Shown here: positions 53,887 through 64,000 of the stretch, piece by piece
Numbering within the stretch: the first letter of the stretch is position 1
How the letters are laid out: the number at the start of each line of letters is the position of its first letter
From: Eledone cirrhosa
Lineage: Eukaryota
DNA length: 64,000 nt
Direction of reading: 5' to 3'
NCBI GenBank assembly: GCA_964016885.1
Contig: OZ024754.1
Location: 18,476,001-18,540,000 of the forward strand
The notes under the pieces: generated by a model
Told to the model about the DNA's origin: nothing
Seen by the model: only the letters and a program-made list of their open reading frames with translations
The model's database searches: none
Position numbers and translations under genes: made by a program

Positions 53887-54878
53887 CATATTTTCAACAG
53901 TAATACTGTACTATATATTTTCAACAGTAATACTATACTATATATTTTCAACAGTAATACTATACTATATATTTTCAACAGTAATACTATATATTTTCAA
54001 CAGTAACACTGTACTATATATTTTCAACAGTAATACTATACTATATATTTTCAACAGTAATACTATACCATATATTTTCAACAGTAATACTATACCATAT
54101 ATTTTCAACAGTAATACTATACCATATATTTTCAACAGTAATACTATACTATATATTTTCAACAGTAATACTATACCATATATTTTCAACAGTAATACTA
54201 TACCATATATTTTCAACAGTAATACTATACCATATATTTTCAACAGTAATACTATACCATATATTTTCAACAGTAATACTATACCATATATTTTCAACAG
54301 TAATACTATACTATATATTTTCAACAGTAATACTATACTATATATTTTTAAGAGTAATACTGTACTATATATTTTCAACAGTAATACTGTACTATACTAT
54401 ATATTTTCAACAGTAATACTATACTATATATTTTTAAGAGTAATACTGTACTATATATTTTCAACAGTAATACTGTACTATACTATATATTTTCGACAGT
54501 AATACTATACTATATATTTTCAACAGTAATACTATACTATATATTTTCAACATTAATACTGTACTATATATTTTCAGCAGTAATACTGTACTGTACTATA
54601 TATTTTCAACAGTAATACTATACTATATATTTTCAACAGTAATACTGTACTGTACTATATATTTTCAACAGTAATACTATACTATATATTTTCAACAGTA
54701 ATACTATACTATATGTTTTCAACAGTAATACTATACTGTACTATATATTTTCAACAGTAATACGGTACTATATATTTTCAACAGTAATACTATACTATAT
54801 ATTTTCAACAGTAATACTATACTATATGTTTTCAACAGTAATACTATACTATATATTTTGAACAATAATACTATATTA
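53887..54878. repeat. 27-bp AT-rich minisatellite (TATATATTTTCAACAGTAATACTATAC), about 36 copies
   Basis: Directly visible; some units are extended by an extra TACTR pentamer. Confidence 0.97.
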
Positions 54879-55121
54879 CACAGATGGCTTATCTGTTTAT
54901 CCAAGCGAAGCTATATATATATATGGATGCCATAGAACACGCCAATGGTAGCCGGGCGAGCCAGCTAGTATAAATATAAATAAATATATATCCAAAATTA
55001 AATTAAGGGTGTCATGTCCGAGATATATGCGCCATATCCACTGTAGAATATGCTCAAAGATTCCAATGAATAGATCCGAACATTTTATATCAGCTAGAAA
55101 TTGAGTGACATATATATATAT

Positions 55122-55469
55122 GGAGGCACATGGCTTAGTGGTTAGAGCATTGGCCTTGCAATCGAAAGGTTGTGAGTTCAAATCTCAGACCAGGTGATGT
55201 GTTGTTTCCTTGAGCAAGACACTTTATTTCACATTGCTCCAGTTTACTCAGCTGTAGAAATGAGATGATAGGGACTGGGGTCCATATCATTCCACTGCAA
55301 AGTGGTCGTGGAGGTGCCATGGCAAAAAAGCACCCAGCACTCACTGTAAATGAGGTTGGTATTAGGAAGGGCATCCAGCTGTAGAAATCAAGCCAGAATC
55401 AGTTCCCGTCCCACCCTTGCAAGCAGGGAAAAAGCAGATGTAAAATGAAATGATGATGATGATGATGAT
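55122..55469 (+). mobile_element. Second SINE family: tRNA head, central body, RTE-derived modules and RTE family A 3' tail
   Basis: TGGCTTAGTGG A box and GAGTTCAAATC B box; ttaggaagggcatcc module; tail ccgtcccacccttgcaagcagggaaaa..(gat)n matches the 37895-37945 LINE end. Confidence 0.88.
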
Positions 55470-55785
55470 CTAAAATAAACATATGAAGCAATCACAGGGA
55501 ATAATTTGCAAAGTGTGTAAGCACACACAGCTAGGTAGTTAACTAATTAAAGTTTAACTAGAACTTTAAATATAGATACCTTTTAAAATGATTAATCTTC
55601 CTTGTTTATATTTCATTAAAGAAATATATTTCACCATCAACTACCTCCACATAAGGACATGATACTAACATACTACTAATTCTGAATAAAATTATTATTG
55701 CTTTTGAAAACAGCTGGTGATATGCATGTAAGTAAATATTCTCTTTATCTGATATTTTGTAGCTAACCTTACATAGATCAATAAC

Positions 55786-55970
55786 TTTTTCTACTTTGGC
55801 ACAAGGCCAGCAATTACCCAGTGCATTACTGGTACTTTATTTTATTGACCCCGTAACGATGAAAGGCAAAGTTAACCTCGGTGGGATTTTGAACTCAGAC
55901 CGTAAAGGGACGTAACTATGCTGGAAAGCATGGCGTCCGACCCTCTACCGATACTGCCAATCCACCGCCC
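55786..55970 (-). mobile_element. tRNA-derived SINE with 17-bp TSD
   Basis: ttacatagatcaataac at 55769-55785 and 55971-55987. Confidence 0.92.
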
Positions 55971-56091
55971 TTACATAGATCAATAACGGAGTATATCTAC
56001 AATGTATTATCATCATCTAGAAACGATCTTGAAGCAGTGAAGTATATCTCTAATGACTTGATTTTTTATTTCATTGTTTTAACTTATATAC

Positions 56092-56155
<64 letters not shown>

Positions 56156-56161
56156 TATATA

Positions 56162-57268
56162 TCATCATCAACGTTTAACGTCCGTGTTCCACGCTTGCAT
56201 GGGTTTGGACGGGGGTAGTCCCACTTGAGGCAAGAGTGATTGTCTTGCTCGCATAGGACTGTCTGGCAGGTTTTCTACAGTTGGATGCCCTTCCTAACAC
56301 CAACCACATTTACAGTGTGGGTCTGGGAGGTTTTTACCGTGTTGCCTACACGGCCACATTACAGCGTGGACTGTGTTTTTTTGTCGTGACACCTACACGA
56401 TCTCATTTGTTTCGGCCTGGATGGCGCGGCACCAACATAACTTTACATAGAACGGGGTGGTGTGGATGGGGTGGGGGTGGTGGTGGTGGGACGGGGTGTA
56501 TTTTGTTAGAGATGCCTACTGGCTGTAGTAGGTTTTACTATGTATTTAGGTAAGGCGGGTCTTCTGTATTATTGCGTAGCGCCAAAGATCTCTGTCCAGT
56601 GACATTGTCTTAGAGAGGTGCAAGTGTGTAAGGTCGGAATTTAACAGATCGTCCCAGGTTTTTCTGGGTCTACCTACTCCGTAACTACCATCAATTTTGA
56701 ACACCCAGCACTTTTTTATACAGCTGTCGTCTTTCATGCGCATCACGTGGCCATACCAACGTAGTCTTCTCTCGAGTAAACAGCATCTGATCCCTCTTAT
56801 TCCTAATTTCTCACTTAGTCCATTTATGCTTTGCCGTTCACGTATGTTACTATTACACATCCAACAGAGCATGCATGCTTCGTTCCTTTCCAGTCTGCGC
56901 AGGTCTTCTGCATGCAATGCCCATGTCTCACTGCCATGTAGCATTGCTGTTCGTATACAGGCATCATACAATCTGCCTTTCATTTTTAGAGAGAAACCTT
57001 TTGTGGCCAACAACAGTATAAACTCTCTGAACTTTTTCCATCCCGTTCTGACTCTGGCTACTGTACTTTCAGAACACCCTCCACCACTGCTGATTTCGTC
57101 ACCCAGGTAACGGAAAGTGTCTACTATTTCTATAGAACCATCTGGGCAATAGAAGGGGCTAGTATCCTGTGGACACTTGCTACCTATTGCACCTGAGCAT
57201 CGGCCACATATAAAGTCTACGTTCTTAGATAGTTTACCTGTGATCCCACTACATCTTTTAGGTACCCA
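56162..57268 (-). mobile_element. 5'-truncated RTE family B
   Basis: ORF 56546-57013 plus 3' UTR; both ends in (TA)n. Confidence 0.92.
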
Positions 57269-57273
57269 TATAT

Positions 57274-57312
<39 letters not shown>

Positions 57313-57315
57313 GAT

Positions 57316-57385
<70 letters not shown>

Positions 57386-57506
57386 TATATATAAATAAAT
57401 ATATATATATAACTTTATTTTATCATGAGTTAAGGCTCTATTGATTTTTCCCTGGATTTCACTAAATTCTGTGGATGAATATATATATAAATATAAATAA
57501 ATATAT

Positions 57507-57537
<31 letters not shown>

Positions 57538-57559
57538 AACAAATATATATATATATATA

Positions 57560-58828
57560 TCATCATCATCATCAGCGTTTAACGTCCGTGTTCCACGCTT
57601 GCATGGGTTTGGACGGGGGTTTTCCCACTTGAGGCAAGAGTGATTGTCTTGCTCGCATAGGACTGTCTGGCAGGTTTTCTACAGTTGGATGCCCTTCCTA
57701 ACACCAACCACATTTACAGTGTGGATCTGGGAGGTTTTTACCGTGTTGCCTACACGGCCACATTACAGCGTGGACTGTGTGTTTTTTTGTCGTGACACCT
57801 ACACGATCTCATTTGTTTCGGCCTGGATGTTATGTTGGTGCCACACCATCCAGGCCGAAACAAATGAGATCGTGTGGCACCAACATAACTTTACATAGAA
57901 GGGGGCGGTGTGGATGGGGTGGGAGTGGTGGGACGGGGGTGTATTTTGTTAGAGATGCCTACTGACTGTAGTAGGATTTACTATGTATTTAGGTAAGGCG
58001 GGTCTTCTCTATTACTGAGTACTGCCAAAGGTCTCGGTCCAGTGACATTGTCTTGGAGAGGTGTAAGTGTGTGAGGTCGGAGTTTATCAGCTCGTCCCAG
58101 GTTTTTCTGGGTCTGCCTATTCCGTGGCTACCGTCTATCTTTATTGCCCTGCACTTTGCTATACAGCTATCGTCTTTCATGCGCATCACGTGTCCATACC
58201 AACGTAGCCTTCTCTCGAGTAAACAACATCTGATCCCTCTTATTTCTAATTTTTTCCTTAGTTCGTTTATGCTTTGCCGTTCACGTATATTACTATTACA
58301 CATCCAGCGGAGCATGCAAGCTTCGTTCCTCTCTAGTCTGCGTATATCCTCTGCACACAATGCCCAGGTCTCACTGCCATGCAACATTGCTGTTCATATG
58401 CAGGCATCATACAACCTGCCTTTCAATTTTAGGGAGAACCCTTTAGCGGCTAATAGTGGTATAAGCTCTCTGAACTTTTTCCATCCAGTTCTGACTCTAG
58501 CTACTGTACTTTCAGAGCACCCTACCCCACTGCTGATTTTGTCACCCAGGTAACAGAAGCTGTCCACTATTTCTATAGAGCCCTCTGCGCAGTTGAAAGA
58601 GCTAGTATTTTGTGGGCACTTGCTGCTATTTATTGCACCAGAGCACCGGCCACATGTAAAATCTATGTTCTTAGTTAGCTTACCTGTGATCCCACTACAT
58701 CTTTTATGCACCCATACTTTGCATTTGGGACACAAAATGGAGTTTCTACCTACGCCTTTCCTACACACTGAGCATGGCCACTTCCCGGAAGGGACCGCCG
58801 CCTTATTTTCTTTCCTACAAACTAGATT
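57560..58828 (-). mobile_element. 5'-truncated RTE family B including the full PHD finger
   Basis: ORFs 58394-58906 and 57989-58387; both ends in (TA)n. Confidence 0.92.
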
Positions 58829-58872
58829 TATATAAATATAAATAAATATATATATATAAATAAATATATATA

Positions 58873-58977
58873 AACGGAAAAAATGAAACGAAATTTCATT
58901 TCCCACTCTTAGTACGGCTGTTACTTAAATATAAGTATGTACACGTACATACATATATGTATACAGACGTACAGTAG

Positions 58978-59019
<42 letters not shown>

Positions 59020-59345
59020 CAAGCACACATATATATATGTACGTATGGATGCACCGAACATTTATTATAACGCTCGGTGTGTTTGTAAACAAACATCCCG
59101 TATTAAGCCGTAGAGTCTAGCAACCATCGTTGCTCGTTTGTTCAACACTGACAAATGGGACTGACTGATAGGAAATGAAATTTCGTTTCATTTTCTCCGT
59201 TAATCGTTTTCGGTGCACCCGGCCGATTAACCCACTCGATATGCAAATTGGGCTACTCAGCCGTTAATATGCATATACGTTCAACAATCTGGCAGGAAGG
59301 TATACGTTGCTGACGATAGCTAATAAGCTTGAAACTAGTACAGCT
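58873..59345. mobile_element. Non-autonomous element with 31-bp inverted repeats (58873-58903 / 59171-59201), internal TA microsatellite and adjacent short hairpin
   Basis: aacggaaaaaatgaaacgaaatttcatttcc versus ggaaatgaaatttcgtttcattttctccgtt (1 mismatch); related to 32740-33160. Confidence 0.65.
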
Positions 59346-59359
59346 TTCCTCGATCTTGA

Positions 59360-59837
59360 TCACATTATCTCATTAATTTGGACTGGATGTTGTGGTGCCA
59401 ACTTTACAGAGAAAGGGTGGTGTTGGTGGGAGTGGGAGGATGGAGTAGGGGTAGTGGGTTGGGGTGTATATTTGGTTAAGAGGTGCCTACTGACTAGGTT
59501 TCGCTTTGTACATAGGGAAGGCGGGTCTTCTGCATTACTGTGAGGCGCTAGAGATCTCGGTCCAGTGACATTGTCTTAGAGAGATGTAAGTGTGTAAGGT
59601 CGGAATTTATCAAATCGTCCCAGGTTATTCTGGGTCAACCTACTCCGTAACTTCCATCAATTTTGATCGCCCTGCATTTTTTTATACAGCTGTCGTTTTT
59701 CATGTGCATCACGTGACCATACCAACGTACTCTTCTCTCAAGTAAACAGCATCTGATCCCTCTTATTCCTAATTTCTCACTTAGTTCACTTATGTTTTGC
59801 CGTTCGTGTATATTACTATTACACATCCAACGGAGCA

Positions 59838-59840
<3 letters not shown>
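59360..59840 (-). mobile_element. RTE family B fragment (C-terminus, partial 3' UTR)
   Basis: CMLRWMCNSNI...RWYGHVM. Confidence 0.85.
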
Positions 59841-59874
<34 letters not shown>

Positions 59875-59939
59875 AACATACATACTTGTCATTTACTTGC
59901 TAAGAATGTAGCTTCTAATTTGAATGGAAGGAGTTGGGT

Positions 59940-60010
59940 GATGTGTTGGTGTAATGGTAGCACAGTGGTCTGGATAACCAAAGATGTGGGTTCGACTCCC
60001 ATGTACGTCA
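59940..60010 (+). tRNA. tRNA-like cloverleaf (pseudogene or SINE head), anticodon position GGA, short variable arm
   Basis: Acceptor GATGTGT/GTACGTC (3 G-U pairs), D arm GTGT-AATGGTA-GCAC, anticodon arm GTGGT-CTGGATA-ACCAA, T arm GTGGG-TTCGACT-CCCAT; TTTTT about 10 nt downstream. Confidence 0.55.
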
Positions 60011-60158
60011 ATACTCATCTTTTTCCATTTCTCTGAGGGTTCTAAACCCCACTATCAGGCTAAAAATTTCTTTAGTCAAAAATACGGTGAAAGCTTATAT
60101 TTTTAAATTATATATATATATATTTTTATATATATATATTTTTTTATATATATATTTA

Positions 60159-60224
<66 letters not shown>

Positions 60225-60235
60225 TATATATATAT

Positions 60236-63200
60236 AGCTGAAAAATGGGTAGTTTGGTAATTGACGTAAATAGAGTGAATGACAGAATAATTAAAATAAG
60301 ACTAGTTCTAAATAGAACTACTGTGACAATAATATCCGCTTATGCACCCCAATCTGGTCTACCTGACATTATAAAGGACAGGTTCTATGAGACGCTAATT
60401 CACACTACCTCCCAAATAACCAACAACGACTACTTAATTATTGCTGGCGACCTAAACGGCCACGTTGGACAACATAGTGATGGCTATGATGGCATCCATG
60501 GATGTTATGGGGTTGGAAATAGAAATGAGGAATCTTGGAATTCTGTGACGCTAATAACCTAATTATCTGTAACACAAACTTCAAAAAATGAGAAAACCAC
60601 TTGATCACCTATAGATCAGGGGAACACGCCAGCCAGATAGATTATATCCTTACTAGAAGACATGACAAAGTGTCTGTTGTAAACACTAAATCCCTCCCCC
60701 GTGAAGAATGCACCTCCCAACATAGCCTAGTAGTTAGTGACCTCATAGTCAGGAATAGACGTACTTGACGACAGAGGAGGCCTACCTTGAGGAGAAGAAT
60801 ATGGAAGTTGAAGGACCCCATAGCCATTGACAAATTTAAAAGCTTGTTACTTGATGCCTTTGACAATAAGGAAGATCAATTAGAGACGTGCAATATAGAG
60901 GAACAGTGGGATTCCTTGAAAGTGAACCTGCTGAAAGCAACCGATGAAATCTGTGGCTGGAGCAGACCTATTGGCAGGAGGAGAGTAACTTGGTGGTGGA
61001 ACAGTAAGGTGGAGGAGACAATCAAGGCCAAAAAGCAGGCTTGGAAAGTATGGCAGGATGGGGGAAGTAGAGAGCACTATCAAGTGGCCAGGAGAGAAGC
61101 TAGGAGACAAGTGTACCTTGCAAAAAGGTTTTCCTTGACAATGTGTCAAGGAAAACCGTGATATTGTCAGGGAGAAGTGTGTCCATAATGATAACGGTAT
61201 ACTTGCCCTCACTGATACTGATAAGAAGATAGCCATGGAAGTGTCACTACGAGAATAAATGAGGAGAATAAATGGGAAAAAGATAGTCTGCCCAAAATCG
61301 ATCCAATAAAAGGAACAGCGGTGCAAGTTAAAGGTAGTATAATAAGTAAGGCAATCAAAGATATGAAGACAGGCAAGACAGCTGGGCCTACGGAGATAGT
61401 TGCTGAGATGTTGAAGGCATCTGGAATGGTGGGACATAGTATGGTCACCCCTATAGTTAACCAAGTAATACAGAATGGGGTCATACCAAAAGACTGGCAT
61501 AGCAGCATCATCATTAACTGCTACAAGGGTAAAGGGGATGCTCTAGATAGGGGAAACTATAGAGGCATTAAGTTAGTTGACCAGGTCATGCAGGTCACAG
61601 AAAGAGTTATAGCATAACTAATCAGAGACCGAATTGATCTAGATGAAATGCAGTTTGGGTTTGTGTCAGGTAAAAGTACCACAGACGCTCTTTTCCTTGT
61701 ACGACAACTACAGGAAAAGTACCTAGTTAAAAGAAAGCCCCTCTACTTAGCTTTTGTAGACCTGGAGAAAGCCTTTGACAGAGTTCCCTCGCTCCATTAT
61801 CTGGTGGGCTCTTAGAAAACTAAGTGTAGATGAATGGCTTGTGAGAGCTATACAAGCTATGTATAAAAAAACAGTCAGTAAGGTTAGAATTAACAATGAA
61901 TATTGTGAAGAATTTAGTGTAAAAGTTGGTGTTCATCAAGGCTCTGTCCTTAGCCCCCTCCTATTTATTATTGCCCTTCAGGCTATAACAGAGGAGTTCA
62001 AGACCGGCTGCCCATGGGAACTCCTATATGCAGATGATCTAACTCTCATAGCTGAATCTATGGCTGAACTAGAGAAAAAATTCCAAACATGGAAGCATGG
62101 CCTAGAATCAAAAGGCCTTAAAGTTAACTTGTCTAAGACTAAAGTTCTAGTTTGTAGAAATGAAAATAGGGGACAGGTGCCTTCAGGGAAATGGCCATGT
62201 GTAGTAAAGGAGTAGACAGAAATTCCATTTTATGTCCCAAATGCAAACTATGGGTACATAAAAGATGTAGTGGGATCACAGGTAAACTTTTTAAGAACGT
62301 AGACTTTATATGTGGCCAATGCTCAGGTGCAATAAGTAGCAGCAAGTGCCCAAGGATACTAGCTCCTTCAATTGCCCAGATGGTTCTATAGAAATAATAG
62401 ACACTTTCTGTTACCTGGGTGACGAAATCAGCAGTGGTGGAGGGTGTTCTGAAAGTACAGTAGCCAGAGTCAGAACGGGATGGAAAAAGTTCAGAGAGCT
62501 TATACCGCTGTTGGCCACAAAAGGTTTCTTTCTGAAAATGAAAGGCAGATTGTACGATGCCTGTATACGAACAGCAATGCTACATGGCAGTGAGACATGG
62601 GCATTACATGCAGAGGACCTCTGTAGACTGGAAAGGAACGAAGCATGCATGCTTCGTTGGATGTGTAATAGTAATATACGTGAACGGCAAAGCATAAATG
62701 AACTAAGTGAGAAATTAAGAATAAGAGGGATCAGATGCTGTTTACTTGAGAGAAGACTACGTTGGTATGGCCACGTGATGCGCATGAAAGATGACAGCTG
62801 TATAATCAAATTCAGTGCGATCAAAATTGATGGTAGTTACGGAGTAGGTAGACCCCGAAAAATCTGATAAATTCCGACCTTACACACTTGCACCTCTCTA
62901 AGACAATGTCACTGGACCAAGATCTACGCAGTAATACAGAAGACCCGCCTTGCCTATGTACAAAGCAAAACCTACAGTCAGTAGGCACCTCTTAACCAAA
63001 TATACACCCCGATCCACTACCCCTACCCTATCCTCCCACTCCCACCAACACCACCCTCTCTCTGTAATGTTGGTAACACAACATCCAGTCCAAATAAATG
63101 AGATAATGAGATCGAGATCATGTAGGTGTCACGACAAAAAGAAACACAGTCCACACTGTAATGTGGCCGTGTAGGTAAGTACCCAGTTCCACACTGTAAA

Positions 63201-63364
63201 ATGTGGTTGGTGTTAGGAAGGGCATCCAGCCGTAGAAACCTGCCAGATAGTCCTATATGAACGAGACACGGTCACCCGAACAACCTTGCCTCAAGTGGGA
63301 CAACTCTCGTCTAACCCATGCTAGCATGGAAGATGGATGTTAAACAAAGATGATGATGATGATG

Positions 63365-63365
<1 letters not shown>
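60236..63365 (+). mobile_element. Long decayed RTE family B copy (endonuclease to 3' tail)
   Basis: ORF fragments 60245-62867 ([30 protein letters not shown]); (GAT)n tail; flanked by (TA)n. Confidence 0.93.
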
Positions 63366-63397
<32 letters not shown>

Positions 63398-63713
63398 CAA
63401 ACATATATATATATATATATGGAAAGTTATATTTAAAATTGTTGGGTTACAACTAGTAAATATTTATAACTGATATAAAAGCACTCGACAAATATTTGGA
63501 GTATATTTACAATATTAAATAAATGGAAACTATATTTATAAAACCATATTTATTTCATTATATATATTTCGGGGATATCATATTAACAATATGCTATGCC
63601 TTCCTCAGACAAAATACAATATAAACAGTTTTATAGATAAATAGATTCGACATACCGTAATAACACCGACTTGCATTTGAAGAGGTTAAACTGGCAGTGA
63701 AAAAATTTTACAC

Positions 63714-63905
63714 AGAGAGAAAGAAAGAGAGAAAAAAGAAAGAAAGACAGAAAACGAAGAAAAGGAAGAAAAAGAAGAAATGCATGGAACAAAATAGAGA
63801 GATGGAAAGATAGATAAAGAGAAGAACTTCATGTAAAGAAACAGAAAGAGATATATATATATATAGAGAGAGGAAATAGAGATAGATACATATATATATA
63901 GAAAA
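63714..63905. repeat. GA-rich low-complexity tract
   Basis: Purine-rich aga/gaaa repeats. Confidence 0.7.
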
Positions 63906-64000
63906 TTAGGTAGTGGGAGGTCAGTTGAGTAAATGTATCAATGATACATTTATTTATTTATTTATTTATTTAGCTCTAGTATTAATGTAAGGGAGATATA

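Noticed and set aside
53882-54502. 206-aa and 137-aa repetitive ORFs
   Set aside because: Translations of the 27-bp minisatellite.
54925-54972. Helitron 3' end (…cgggcgagccagCTAGt)
   Set aside because: CTAG-T is present, but no convincing hairpin or 5' TC end could be assigned.

Overview
AT-rich, repeat-dense animal genomic DNA. The SINE/RTE repertoire, (TA)n and (ATG)n tails suggest an octopus/cephalopod; this is inference. Bases 1-28572 are one 19/21-bp tandem satellite with kb-scale higher-order duplications, and every long ORF there is an artefact. The remainder holds three spliceable minus-strand exons of a tRNA nucleotidyltransferase (TRNT1/CCA-adding-like) gene. Its catalytic motifs are intact, but the flexible loop is wholly rewritten and the beta-turn and RRD motif are altered. 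A candidate promoter lies at ~52.15 kb. The introns carry a Rab7 processed pseudogene, many decayed RTE LINEs with a PHD finger inside the RT, a Tx1/L1-type LINE, tRNA-derived SINEs, Penelope-like remnants and several fold-back scars. Highlights: (1) one RTE copy (37.9-39.7 kb) shows clustered sense-strand A-to-G hypermutation resembling ADAR hyper-editing fixed in DNA; (2) the divergent CCA-adding-enzyme-like gene; (3) an inverted RTE pair bracketing the exon that encodes its altered loop.
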